From the NCBI GenBank assembly GCA_963817895.1, contig CAWFQB010000011.1, positions 256,001 through 320,000 of the forward strand: a stretch of 64,000 nucleotides of DNA. The letters run 5' to 3'. A model generated the notes under the pieces. It ran no database searches. It was not told the origin of the DNA and was given only the letters and a program-made list of their open reading frames with translations. How positions within the stretch are numbered: position 1 is the stretch's first letter; every line of letters starts with the position of its first letter. The DNA comes from an uncultured Chthonomonadaceae bacterium (lineage in GTDB: Bacteria > Armatimonadota > Chthonomonadetes > Chthonomonadales > Chthonomonadaceae). Shown here in pieces: positions 50,699 to 60,997 of this stretch. Both the position numbers and the translations under genes were made by a program.

Positions 50699-52684
50699 AT
50701 GTTGTCCGTAGGTGGAATGAGAACGTTTTTCAATAAGTATGGCAACGGCTGCGCGCTGGTGCTGCTGCTCGTGTTTGCCGTGCCGTTGATCGTCAACTTC
50801 AGCAGCAATCAACTCGGCGGGCGGGCGGCGCGAAATACGCAGGGAGCCTCTGCGGAAGACACGGAAGTTGCCACTGTCAACGACCAGCCCATAACAGAAG
50901 CGGAATTTCGCCAGATGTCGTCTCTCATGCAGCAGAGCATGGGCAATGCCGCGCCGGGGCGGGCGTATGCGGAACAGCAGGGGCGCGTAGTACAGCGCCT
51001 GATCCAACTGGCCGTGATTCGGCAGGAAGCGCAGAAGCGCAACGCCCGCCCCTTGGACGCGGATATTGACCGCCAGATTGATAAGATGAAGGAAGCGCTG
51101 GCGCAGCAGCAGGGCAAAACAAAACTCTCCGATTCGGAATGGGAAACCTTCCTGCTGAACAACCGGAACATGTCCACGTCCGATCTGCGCGAACAAACCG
51201 CCAAAGATTTGATTCCGATGGCGCTGATGAACACGCTCAAAGCCGAACAGAAGGTAACAGAAGCGGAAGCCCGCAACCAGTACGCGCAGGCGCATCTCAC
51301 GCTGGTTCAGGTCGGCTATAAAGACCCGACTGTTCCCACTCTGCCCGGTCAAAAAACAAGCCTGCTGACCGAAGCCGAAGCGCAGAAAAAGGCCAACGAT
51401 CTGCTTGCCAAAGTGAAAGCGGGCGCGGACATCGGGCAAATCGCCGCCGCCAACGCCGCCACCAAAGAAGAGGCCAAAAAAGCGGGCGACGTTGGCAGCA
51501 TGGCCGAATACGCGCATCAGGCCGCCGGTCAGTTCTCCCTGAATCTGCAAATCCTGTACGGCAAAGACCTTGCCGAAGCGGTACACAAACTGGAAAAAGG
51601 GCAGACAACCGAAGTGGTCAAACTCGGAGGGCCGCAAAAGGCGTATGGCTTTGCCCGCCTTGTGGATCGCAAAGTGGAAACGCCCAAAGACTTCGACCCC
51701 AAAAAAGCCATCGTCGCCCTTGCCGAACAACGCGCAGGCGAACAGTTCACAGAACTTCTGAAAACGCTCGTGAAGTCCGCCAAAATCACCTTCAAGGATT
51801 TGGACAAAAAGGCGTACTACGATCTTGAGGAACTGGAAGCGGGGCAGCAGCCAAGCATGGAAGACATGATGAGCGGCAACACGCCCGTTATGCCCGACAA
51901 AGCCGAAACCGAAGCGAAACAGGCGCTCGTCAACAAAGAGTTCGAGGATATGGCGACACGCCACCCGGATGATGTCAACGCGGCCATTGTCGTGGCCGAC
52001 AACCTCAAATCCGATCCCAAAAAGATGCTGGAACCGGGCGCGCAGGATCGGCTCATCCAGATGAACGAATCCATCATCAAAACCAGCGAGGATCAGGACC
52101 GGCTCTTTGATCTGGCAGGGCTGTATCGCGACAAAAAGCAGTACGACAAGGCCAAATCGAAATACGACCGCATCGCGCTGCTGCTTAGTTATAATCCGCC
52201 CTATGACGCGGATGCCATGCAGGCGGCGGCAACGGCGCATCGCAAGTTGGAACAGGGCTATCGCAGCATCAACCAATCGGTAGCAGCGGATAAGGAAAAG
52301 GCCACGTTCGACGAATTGCAGCAGAAAATCACGATGGAACGGCTGAAGCAGGCCGAGGAGCAGCGCAAAAACAAAACAGGTACCGGCATCACTCCCAACA
52401 GCAGCATCACGCTTCCCCCCGGCGGCAGCGCGACGGTTCCCGCCAGTGGTTCGGTTCCCATGAATCTTACGCCTGCCGCGCCTTCGGGCGCAGGCAAAGA
52501 CGCGCCCTCTGCCCCTGCCGCGCCTTCTGGTTCCGGCCTGAATCTGAATATGAACGGGAATGGAGCCGGTGGCGGTTCCTCGCCCATTCAGATTACGCCT
52601 GCCGCGCCCCCCGGCAGTCCGGCAACTCCGTCGGGGGGCGGCGCAACCCCGACGGGTACGCCCACAACCGGCACAAAGCGCTAA
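50699..52684 (+). CDS. Membrane-anchored SurA N-terminal/PpiD-like chaperone with Pro/Gly-rich tail
   Basis: N-terminal TM; VATVNDQPITEAEF; EAQKKANDLLAKVKAGAD..IAA; degenerate parvulin domain. Confidence 0.75.
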   Translation: MLSVGGMRTFFNKYGNGCALVLLLVFAVPLIVNFSSNQLGGRAARNTQGASAEDTEVATVNDQPITEAEFRQMSSLMQQSMGNAAPGRAYAEQQGRVVQRLIQLAVIRQEAQKRNARPLDADIDRQIDKMKEALAQQQGKTKLSDSEWETFLLNNRNMSTSDLREQTAKDLIPMALMNTLKAEQKVTEAEARNQYAQAHLTLVQVGYKDPTVPTLPGQKTSLLTEAEAQKKANDLLAKVKAGADIGQIAAANAATKEEAKKAGDVGSMAEYAHQAAGQFSLNLQILYGKDLAEAVHKLEKGQTTEVVKLGGPQKAYGFARLVDRKVETPKDFDPKKAIVALAEQRAGEQFTELLKTLVKSAKITFKDLDKKAYYDLEELEAGQQPSMEDMMSGNTPVMPDKAETEAKQALVNKEFEDMATRHPDDVNAAIVVADNLKSDPKKMLEPGAQDRLIQMNESIIKTSEDQDRLFDLAGLYRDKKQYDKAKSKYDRIALLLSYNPPYDADAMQAAATAHRKLEQGYRSINQSVAADKEKATFDELQQKITMERLKQAEEQRKNKTGTGITPNSSITLPPGGSATVPASGSVPMNLTPAAPSGAGKDAPSAPAAPSGSGLNLNMNGNGAGGGSSPIQITPAAPPGSPATPSGGGATPTGTPTTGTKR

Positions 52685-52795
52685 CGTCTCATGCGCCGCA
52701 TTCCTGTTCCGCGCGCGTCTGCCGCCCCGGTTCCAACGGCGGCAGACGACGCAAGACTGGCCGCTTCCTTTAACCCGCCCACGTCCGGCCCATCT

Positions 52796-53476
52796 ATGCC
52801 GGGAACTTTGTATCTGGTTCCTATGCCCATTGGCAACCCGGATGACATCAGCCTGCGCGGACTGCGAATTCTGCGCGATGTTTCGCGCATTGCTGTGGAA
52901 AGCCTCGCCGTTTCCCGCAAATTGATGGCGCATTGGGATATATCCACGCCCCTGCTATCCTATCGCGGCAGAGGGGGCGAAAATAACCGCGCGGAACTGC
53001 TGTCCCTGCTGCAAACCGGGCATAACGTTGCCCTGATCTGCGATGCCGGAACACCGGGAATCGCCGATCCCTGCCTTGTCATGGTACGCGCCGCGCTGCA
53101 AAAGCATTCTCCTGTTGTCGCGCTTCCCGGCCCCGCCGCCGTTCTGGTCGCCCTGACCGCCTCAGGACTGCCTGCAAACAGGTTCGTTTTCGATGGTTTC
53201 CCGCCCCGCGAATTGTCAGGCCGAATTGAGTTTTTCAAGCGATTGGCCCATGAGGAGCGAACCATTGTTCTGTATGAACATGCCGCTCGTCTGCGGGCAA
53301 CGCTCAACGATTTACAGCAGGCGGTTGGTTCCGACCGTCCTTTAGCCCTGGTTTGGGATATGACCCGGCCTGCGGAATCGTGGCTGCGCGGAACTACCGG
53401 GGAGGTCATCGCGCTTCTTCAAAGGCAGTCCCGGCGCGGCGAAATCACGATAATTCTCGCGGGACGGACGGCGTAA
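52796..53476 (+). CDS. rsmI: 16S rRNA (cytidine-1402-2'-O)-methyltransferase
   Basis: GTLYLVPMPIGNPDDISLR, DAGTPGIADP, LPGP, SGLP...F.F.GF. Confidence 0.88.
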   Translation: MPGTLYLVPMPIGNPDDISLRGLRILRDVSRIAVESLAVSRKLMAHWDISTPLLSYRGRGGENNRAELLSLLQTGHNVALICDAGTPGIADPCLVMVRAALQKHSPVVALPGPAAVLVALTASGLPANRFVFDGFPPRELSGRIEFFKRLAHEERTIVLYEHAARLRATLNDLQQAVGSDRPLALVWDMTRPAESWLRGTTGEVIALLQRQSRRGEITIILAGRTA

Positions 53477-53714
53477 ACCATCAACTGAATTATCAACAAT
53501 GAAGAGACTTCTTCGCATCCTGGGCGGGATGTTTTCGAGAAACGAACTACATCGGGCTTTTTGTTGTAATTCCCGTACATTTTTCCGTTCAAATTCGCGC
53601 GGAAATCGCGCATAATCTACCCGGAACTGCGGAGTGGTTCAAAAAATGTTAAAAGTGGTGAAGCGAAAAAAATATTTTTACTTTTTTTCTGAAAATTGAC
53701 TGAAAACAGGTTTG

Positions 53715-53730
53715 TGGCACGAATCTTGCA
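53715..53730 (+). promoter_or_regulatory. Sigma54 (-24/-12) promoter
   Basis: TGGCAC-GAATC-TTGCA, exact consensus, in an AT-rich intergenic region. Confidence 0.75.
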
Positions 53731-53864
53731 ATAGATAGAATCAGGGAGCGTTTTCAGCCTATTTCGCGCGCGCAGTTTTTGTTGATTTTCGCTGATACAT
53801 GTAGTATTCTTACTTGAACTCTGTGAAAACGGGTACAATCTACTACAAATGAATGTGAGGAGCC

Positions 53865-54719
53865 GTGCCTCCAATAGAAACTCTTCGCGAAAGCCAGTCC
53901 GCGCAATGGCGTGTTGGCGCTGAACATGAACCGGGTATCCGCCTGCAAGACAGTATCGCTTCCGGGGAATCCGTCACTGCCGTATATTCGCCGATTACAA
54001 ACCAATTGCCTTTTAGCCCAAACCAGACGGAGACGGCATTGCTTTATCAGGATACATCCACGCTTCAAAACCGCTTTAAACACGATTTCGCGGACCCTTT
54101 GTTTCCATTGAAACCGGTCTCCTACGGAACCGTCAAGCGGTTCTTTGATGTTATGCTCTCTTTGTGCTTTATCATCACGTTTTCGCCCATTATGCTGCTG
54201 ACCGCGCTTTTGATAAAGCTGACCTCACGCGGTCCCGTTTTCTTCAAGCAGGTGCGCGTCGGACAGGGCGGGCGGCACTTCTGGTGCTATAAGTTCCGCA
54301 GCATGTGCGTGGACGCCGAAGACAAAAAACAACTGTTGATGCACCTCAACGAAGCTTCCGGCCCCGTCTTCAAAATCAAGCGCGACCCGCGCGTCACGCC
54401 CATCGGCAGCTTTATCCGCAAAATGAGCATTGATGAATTCCCCCAATTTTTCAACGTGCTGCGCGGGGATATGTCCATTGTCGGCCCGCGTCCGCCCATT
54501 CCCGCCGAAGTATCCACATACACCGCCCATCAGCGCGGACGACTAGCCGTTCGTCCCGGCCTGACCTGTTTATGGCAGGTGAGCGGACGCAGCAATATTT
54601 CCTTCGAGCGTTGGGTGGAATTGGATTTGCTGTACATCGAAACCATGTCTTTCACCAACGATGTGAGGATTGTGCTGAAAACCATTCCCGCCGTCCTCAA
54701 AGGTTCCGGCGCGCACTGA
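53865..54719 (+). CDS. Priming polyprenyl-phosphate glycosylphosphotransferase (Bac_transf)
   Basis: KRFFD, YKFRSM, DPRVT, IDEFPQ..NVLRGDMSIVGPRP, PGLT.LWQVSGR. Confidence 0.95.
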   Translation: MPPIETLRESQSAQWRVGAEHEPGIRLQDSIASGESVTAVYSPITNQLPFSPNQTETALLYQDTSTLQNRFKHDFADPLFPLKPVSYGTVKRFFDVMLSLCFIITFSPIMLLTALLIKLTSRGPVFFKQVRVGQGGRHFWCYKFRSMCVDAEDKKQLLMHLNEASGPVFKIKRDPRVTPIGSFIRKMSIDEFPQFFNVLRGDMSIVGPRPPIPAEVSTYTAHQRGRLAVRPGLTCLWQVSGRSNISFERWVELDLLYIETMSFTNDVRIVLKTIPAVLKGSGAH

Positions 54720-54723
54720 AATG

Positions 54724-54813
54724 CAGGTGTCAGGTGTCAGGTGTCAGGTATCAGGACAACAGCCTGATATAACAGGATATTTCCTGACACCTGACACCTG
54801 ACACCTGACACCT
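54724..54813. repeat. Inverted heptamer arrays (CAGGTGT)n/(CCTGACA)n
   Basis: Arms 54724-54756 and 54782-54813. Confidence 0.95.
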
Positions 54814-54819
54814 TCTCCT

Positions 54820-55632
54820 ATGTCCCCCGTCGCTGTCATTTATCTGGTGTGGGTTCCCCTCGGATTGCCGCCGCTTGAGCGTTTTCTGGCCTCTTACGCC
54901 CGCTTTCCCGCCGCTTTGCCCCATGACCTGATTGTTGTTTTCAATGGACACCAAACACCTGCCGAACTTATCCCCTTCCAAAATCGCCTGAGCGACGTAC
55001 CCCATACCCCGCGCGTTTTTGAGACGCCACAGCAGGACATTGCCAGTTACCTCGCTGTCGCCGCCACCTGTTCACAGGAGTATCTTTGTTTCCTCAATTC
55101 TTACAGTGAATTACAGGCGACGGACTGGCTCCAGAAACTTTATCAGCCCTTTCAATCTCCCACGGTGGGACTGGTGGGCGCAACGGGTTCGTGGGAAAGC
55201 CGTCAAATTGTGGTTCCCCTGCGGCAGTTGCGCACCTGGCTGTGCTACCGCCTGCATAATCGCCGCTGGCCCGCGTTTCCCAATCCGCATATCCGCTCTA
55301 CCGGGTTTATGCTGGCCCGCGAAACCATGCTGCGCCTGTCCCTGCCTCCCATTCAGAACAAACAGGATGCGTACCGGTTTGAAAGCGGGTTTTTCAGCAT
55401 GACGCGGCAGATACAATCCTGGAACCTGCAAACGCTGCTGGTAGACAGGAACGGTTCCGTCTTCGAGCCTGCAGATTGGGCAGCAATCCGCGCGTACCGT
55501 TCCGGCGATCAGAGTCAACTGTTGATTACGGACAATCGCTCACGGCTATACGAGGAGGCTGACGCGGCCACGAAACGGCAAATGAGCCGCATGGCATGGG
55601 GCGAATCGGCTCTGCCTCTGCCCGATCCATGA
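54820..55632 (+). CDS. Hypothetical protein, possibly glycosyltransferase-like
   Basis: CFLNS, PNPHIRSTGF, AYRFESG; located in the glycan cluster. Confidence 0.65.
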   Translation: MSPVAVIYLVWVPLGLPPLERFLASYARFPAALPHDLIVVFNGHQTPAELIPFQNRLSDVPHTPRVFETPQQDIASYLAVAATCSQEYLCFLNSYSELQATDWLQKLYQPFQSPTVGLVGATGSWESRQIVVPLRQLRTWLCYRLHNRRWPAFPNPHIRSTGFMLARETMLRLSLPPIQNKQDAYRFESGFFSMTRQIQSWNLQTLLVDRNGSVFEPADWAAIRAYRSGDQSQLLITDNRSRLYEEADAATKRQMSRMAWGESALPLPDP

Positions 55633-55721
55633 ATTTACGTTCCTGTTGAGAGGCAAATGGGTATAGTCATGGTACAATACTGGCATAATAGATTGTAGTT
55701 TTATCCAGAGGAGCTTTCGCA

Positions 55722-56559
55722 TTGGAATCTAATTCATCCCCAGTTTCATCCGCTGTTTCCGGCGATCCGTCCACGGTTCCGGCCAATCCTGCCGTTGGTC
55801 ATGCCGATGCCGGGACGCCCGCAGCAAACCGCCGTCTGGCGCGGCTTGCCCGTTCGCAGCGCGAGTACGTGCTGTCGGTACTGATTCCAGTTTACAACGA
55901 GGTCAACACCCTGCTGGAACTGATTGACCGGGTACGGGATGTGGAGATTACAAAAGAGATCATTCTGGTGGACGATGGCAGCACGGACGGCACGCGCGAG
56001 CTGATGCGAACGCAAATCGAAGGCCAGTTTCCTGATGTAAAAGTGTTTTACCACGAACAAAATCAGGGCAAGGGCGCGGCTATCCGAACCGCGATTTCGC
56101 AGGCGACGGGCGATTACCTGATTGTGCAGGATGCCGATCTGGAGTATGACCCGCGCGAATACTACACGCTTCTGGAACCCCTGCTGGACGGGCGCGCGGA
56201 CGTGGTATACGGCAGCCGTTTCCTGGGCGGCGGGCGCGCATCGCGTCCATTTTTTCTGGCATCGTATCGGCAATGGCCTGCTGACCCTGCTTTCCAACAT
56301 GCTGACGAACCTGAACCTGACCGATATGGAAGTGTGCTACAAAGTATTCAAGCGCGAAGTGCTGCAAAGCATCAACTTGCGCTGCAACAAATTCGACTTT
56401 GAACCCGAAGTGACCGCCAAAGTCGCCAAAAAACACTGCCGCATCTACGAAGTCCCCATCTCCTACAGTGGCCGCGATTACGAAGAGGGCAAAAAAATCG
56501 GCTGGCGCGACGGCGTTCAGGCGATCTGGACGATTATCAAGTATAAGTTTACGGATTAG
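55722..56559 (+). CDS. GT2 polyprenol-phosphate-sugar synthase (DPM1-like; frameshift near 56240)
   Basis: [57 protein letters not shown]. Confidence 0.9.
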
Positions 56560-56567
56560 GAAGGGAT

Positions 56568-56624
56568 GAGATACGAGATACAAGATAAGAGAAGCATTGC
56601 CTCGTATCTTGTATCTCGTATCTC
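56568..56624. repeat. Inverted heptamer arrays (GAGATAC)n/(CTCGTAT)n
   Basis: Arms 56568-56591 and 56601-56624. Confidence 0.92.
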
Positions 56625-56644
56625 GTGCCTCTGAGGAATTACAC

Positions 56645-57619
56645 ATGATTCTCGTAACGGGCGGCGCAGGGTACATCGGCAGCCATTATGTTCAATACGC
56701 TCTGGAGCAGGGCGAACAGGTGGTGGTTCTGGACAATCTGGCCTACGGACACAAAGAGGCCGTGCCGGAGGGCGTACCTTTTTATGACGGCGATATGGGC
56801 GATTCCGCCCTGCTCGACAAGATTTTCACCACACACGAAATTGAAGCGGTAGTGCATTTCGCGGCCTTCGCGTATGTGGGCGAGTCGGTCACAGACCCGT
56901 CCAAATACTACAACAACAATACGTGCGCCACGCTTGCCGTTCTGGATGCCATGCGCCGCCACAACGCCAAACATCTTGTTTTCTCCTCGACCTGCGCCAC
57001 GTACGGCAATCCGCAGTACGTGCCGATGGACGAAAAGCATCCTCAGAATCCCATCAACCCCTACGGCGAAAGCAAATTTTTCGTGGAGCATATCCTGAAG
57101 GCGTTTGACCATGCTTATGGCCTGCGCTTCACTGCCCTGCGCTATTTCAACGCGGCGGGAGCTGACCCGCAGGGACGCATCGGGGAGAGCCACGAACCGG
57201 AAACGCATCTCATCCCCCTGATTTTACAGGTGGCAGCCGGAACGCGCGACCATATCGGCATTTTCGGAACGGATTACGATACGCCGGACGGAACCTGCAT
57301 CCGCGATTATATCCATATTCTGGATTTAGCGCAGGCGCACTCCCTTGCCCTCAAACGGCTGCGCGACGGCAACGACAGCGCGTTTTACAATTTAGGCAGC
57401 GAACAGGGGTATTCCGTGCGCGAAGTGATTGCCGCCTGCGAAAAGGTTTCCGGCAAAACGGTAAAGGTTGTGGAAGGCCCGCGCCGCGCCGGAGATCCGC
57501 CCCGTCTGGTGGCAAGCGCGGGCAAAGCCAAATCGGAACTCGGCTGGCGGCCCCGCTTCCAGAACATGGAAGAGATTATCGCCACAGCATGGAACTGGGA
57601 ACAGCATCGCCGCTACTAA
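56645..57619 (+). CDS. galE: UDP-glucose 4-epimerase
   Basis: ILVTGGAGYIGSH, HFAA...VGES, PYGESK, LRYFNAAGA, DGTCIRDYIH. Confidence 0.96.
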   Translation: MILVTGGAGYIGSHYVQYALEQGEQVVVLDNLAYGHKEAVPEGVPFYDGDMGDSALLDKIFTTHEIEAVVHFAAFAYVGESVTDPSKYYNNNTCATLAVLDAMRRHNAKHLVFSSTCATYGNPQYVPMDEKHPQNPINPYGESKFFVEHILKAFDHAYGLRFTALRYFNAAGADPQGRIGESHEPETHLIPLILQVAAGTRDHIGIFGTDYDTPDGTCIRDYIHILDLAQAHSLALKRLRDGNDSAFYNLGSEQGYSVREVIAACEKVSGKTVKVVEGPRRAGDPPRLVASAGKAKSELGWRPRFQNMEEIIATAWNWEQHRRY

Positions 57620-57698
57620 AGATTTTCGCGTTTTCAGCCGCAAATAAACGCGCGTAAACGCAAATATAACACCCGCAACATTCGATTAGGAAAACGCC

Positions 57699-58593
57699 AT
57701 GAAGGGAATTGTTCTTGCAGGCGGCAGTGGAACGCGCCTGTATCCGGTCACGCAGGCCATTTCCAAGCAGATGCTGCCCATTTACGACAAGCCGATGATC
57801 TATTATCCGCTGTCTACGCTGATGCTGGCCGGTATTCGCGACATACTGCTGATCTCCACGCCGCAGGATTTGCCCATGTTTCAGCGGCTGCTGGGCGATG
57901 GCAGTCAATACGGCATCAATCTGTCGTATGCGGAACAGCCGCGTCCTGAAGGGCTTGGCGCAGGCGTTTCATATCGGCAAGCGGTTTCTGGATGGCGGTC
58001 CCGCGTGTCTGGTGCTTGGCGATAACATTTTCTTCGGACACGGCCTGCCCGAACAACTGCGAACCGCCGCCAACCGGTCAAGCGGCGCGACCATCTTCGG
58101 CTACTATGTCAAAGACCCGGAGCGCTACGGCGTGATGGAATTCGACGCGCAGGGCAATGTGATTTCGCTGGAAGAGAAGCCGGCCAACCCGAAATCCGAT
58201 TACGCGGTTGTCGGCCTGTACTTCTACGACAATCAGATTACCGACATCGCCGCCGCCATCAAACCCTCCCCGCGCGGCGAACTGGAAATCACGGATGTCA
58301 ACAAAGCGTATCTGGAGAAGGGTCAGCTTCATGCCGATTTATTTGGCAGGGGTATCGCGTGGCTGGACACGGGTACGCACGAGTCCCTCTTGCAGGCCAG
58401 CAACTTTGTCGAGGCCATCGAGCAGCGACAGGGATTGAAAGTGGCCTGCCCGGAAGAAATCGCCTACCAGTGCGGCTGGATAACCGCCGATCAGGTCATG
58501 GAACAGGTGGCCCGATTGGGCAAAACCGATTACGCGAAATATCTCGCGCGGCTTATCGCGGAAAAGCATCTGCCGCGTAGTTCAGGAGAGTAG
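57699..58593 (+). CDS. rfbA: Glucose-1-phosphate thymidylyltransferase (frameshift near 57953)
   Basis: [44 protein letters not shown]. Confidence 0.95.
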
Positions 58594-58674
58594 GTTGTTA
58601 GGTTGTTAGTTGTTAGGGTAATGAGGAAGACTTTCCTCACCTAACAACTAACAACCTAACAACCTAACAACCTA
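58591..58674. repeat. Inverted octamer arrays (TAGGTTGT)n/(CCTAACAA)n with inner hairpin
   Basis: Arms 58591-58617 (start on the stop codon) and 58640-58674; inner TGAGGAA/TTCCTCA. Confidence 0.95.
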
Positions 58675-58698
58675 TCTTTTGAGGATTGTGTCCAACTT

Positions 58699-59166
58699 AT
58701 GAGTACATTAGAAATAGCAGCCACCATACCCGGAGTAGTTATCAAGTCCCTGCGCAAGTTTACGGACGCGCGCGGATGGCTGTTGGAACTGTATCGCGAC
58801 GACGAACTGCCCGAAGGTTTCAAGCCGGTCATGGGCTATGTTTCCCTGACGCATCCCGGCGTGGCGCGCGGCCCGCACGAGCATCGGGATCAGGCGGATG
58901 GCTTTGTCTTCATGTCGGGAACCTACGAGGTGACTCTGTGGGAGAACCGTCCGGGCCGGGAGCATACCAAACAGGTGCTGACAGTGGGCGCGGACAATCC
59001 CATTTTTCTGGTCGTGCCGCCCGGTGTCGTCCATGCGTATCGCAACATCGGCGCGGAAGACGCGACCGTGTTGAATTTTCCTGACCAACTGTACGCCGGA
59101 TGGGGCAAAAAAGAGCCGGTGGACGAAATCCGCCACGAAGAAATGGATTCGGAGTTTAAACTGTGA
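58699..59166 (+). CDS. rfbC: dTDP-4-dehydrorhamnose 3,5-epimerase family protein
   Basis: DARGWL.E, PGVARGPHEH, VPPGVVHAY; between rfbA and rfbB. Confidence 0.85.
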   Translation: MSTLEIAATIPGVVIKSLRKFTDARGWLLELYRDDELPEGFKPVMGYVSLTHPGVARGPHEHRDQADGFVFMSGTYEVTLWENRPGREHTKQVLTVGADNPIFLVVPPGVVHAYRNIGAEDATVLNFPDQLYAGWGKKEPVDEIRHEEMDSEFKL

Positions 59167-60263
59167 GCGACCAGACTTCTCTACCTGCCCATGCGCCCGC
59201 GCCCGTAGACGCCAACGCCCGTAAAACTGTTCTCGTGACGGGTGGCGCGGGGTTTATCGGCAGCAACTATTGCCGCTACGCGCTGCAAAAGCATCCAAAC
59301 TATCGCGTGATTGTCGTGGACGCCCTGACCTATGCGGGCAACCTGTCCACAATGGCCGACATGCAGCACAACCCGGAAACGGCGGACCGATTCCGCTTTT
59401 ATCCCGGCAAAATTCAGGACGATACCGTTATCAACGGCATCATCAAGGCGGAAAAAGTAGATTACATCATCAACTTTGCCGCCGAATCGCACAACGACCG
59501 CTCCATTCTGGAACCGGGCAGTTTCATACAAACCGATGTGTACGGCGTGTTCACCCTTCTGGACGCCACCAAACAGAATAATGTAGACAAATTATTACAT
59601 GTGTCTACGGACGAAGTGTACGGCACGATTGATGACGGCCAGTTTACCGAGCAGTCGCCGATTGAACCGAATACGCCCTACTCGGCCAGCAAGGCGGGCG
59701 GCGAAATGCAGGTACGCGCCCACCGCATCACGTATGGAACGCCCGCGCTTGTCACCCGTTGCGGCAACAACTTCGGGCCGTTTCAGTACCCGGAAAAACT
59801 GATTCCCTTCTTCGTCACACGCCTGATTGACGACAAAAAGGTTCCACTGTATGGCACGGGGCAGCAGGTGCGCGACTGGGTGTATGTGATGGATCACTGT
59901 TCGGGCATTGACCACGTTCTGCACTACGGCACACTGGGCGAAGCGTACAACGTCGGCTCGGACGGCGAATGTACCAACATGGAGATTACGCAGCGTCTCC
60001 TCCAACTGCTCGACAAACCGGACACGCTTATCAAATACATCGGCGATCCGCGCGGCGGCGCGCATGACAAGCGGTATAGCGTCAACGCCGACAAACTGAA
60101 ATCGCTGGGCTGGAAATCCGAATACGACTTCGACGCGGCTCTGGAACAGACCGTCCGCTGGTACGTGGACAATCAGCAGTGGTGGCGCGACATCATCGCC
60201 ACTTCGGATTATCAGGATTTCGTCAAGCGGTTTTATGGCAAGTATCTGGGGGAAGACCTGTAA
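59163..60263 (+). CDS. rfbB: dTDP-glucose 4,6-dehydratase
   Basis: VTGGAGFIGSN, DALTYAGN, NFAAESH.DRSI, STDEVYG, PYSASK, PEKLIP. Confidence 0.96.
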   Translation: MSDQTSLPAHAPAPVDANARKTVLVTGGAGFIGSNYCRYALQKHPNYRVIVVDALTYAGNLSTMADMQHNPETADRFRFYPGKIQDDTVINGIIKAEKVDYIINFAAESHNDRSILEPGSFIQTDVYGVFTLLDATKQNNVDKLLHVSTDEVYGTIDDGQFTEQSPIEPNTPYSASKAGGEMQVRAHRITYGTPALVTRCGNNFGPFQYPEKLIPFFVTRLIDDKKVPLYGTGQQVRDWVYVMDHCSGIDHVLHYGTLGEAYNVGSDGECTNMEITQRLLQLLDKPDTLIKYIGDPRGGAHDKRYSVNADKLKSLGWKSEYDFDAALEQTVRWYVDNQQWWRDIIATSDYQDFVKRFYGKYLGEDL

Positions 60264-60264
60264 A

Positions 60265-60380
60265 GGTGTTCGGTATTCAGTGTTCGGTGTTCGGTTCACA
60301 GTCGTGACGCGCTGAAGTAAACAGAGGCGCGTTTGCATTGTCCGAATACCGAATACCAAACGCCGAACACCGAACACCGA
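60265..60380. repeat. Inverted heptamer arrays (GGT(G/A)TTC)n/(CCGAA(C/T)A)n
   Basis: Arms 60265-60294 and 60342-60380. Confidence 0.9.
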
Positions 60381-60391
60381 CTGGAGCCTAC

Positions 60392-60867
60392 ATGGGTCTT
60401 GCGCTAACGAACTGGACGGACTTGGCCGTACAGATAGAGGAACGGCGGCGTCAGGGACAGCGCATCGTGACGACCAACGGCGTTTTTGATCTGTTGCACG
60501 TCGGACACGTCCGCTATTTGCAGGCCGCGCGTGAGTTGGGCAATATGCTGGTTGTGGGCGTGAATTCCGACGCCTGCACCCGGCGCTTGAAAGGCGACTC
60601 GCGCCCGCTGGTGTCGGAGGACGAGCGCATGGAAGTATTGGCCGCGCTTGCCTGCGTGGATTACGTCACCGTGTTTGACGAGCCGACGCCCAACGCGCTG
60701 CTTGCAGTGATACGTCCCGATATTCACGCCAAAGGCGGCGATTACGATAGTAGAGCAGATGCCGGAAACGCCCTCTGGTGCGCTCATGGGGCGGGCAGGT
60801 CGTCACGCTGCCGTTTATCGCCGGACGTTCCACAAGCCGTTTGATCGAACGCATGGAAGCGAAATAG
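60392..60867 (+). CDS. RfaE domain II/HldC-like sugar-1-phosphate nucleotidyltransferase (frameshifts near 3' end)
   Basis: [40 protein letters not shown] in another frame. Confidence 0.85.
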
Positions 60868-60997
60868 ACCTGCCATGAAGGCTCCCTGTATCCAATCCGC
60901 CAGTTGTCGAAAGCGCGCAAAGCGGAACCATCCGTGAACCGTCCGATTCGTGTTAATCCTGTGTCGAACTACTCCCATGCCCGCCTGCCTTCCTGCA

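Noticed and set aside
50684..52933. 749-aa minus-strand ORF, and similar long antisense ORFs (40534-42099, 6580-7614)
   Set aside because: Antisense shadows of well-supported genes in GC-rich DNA; no motifs.
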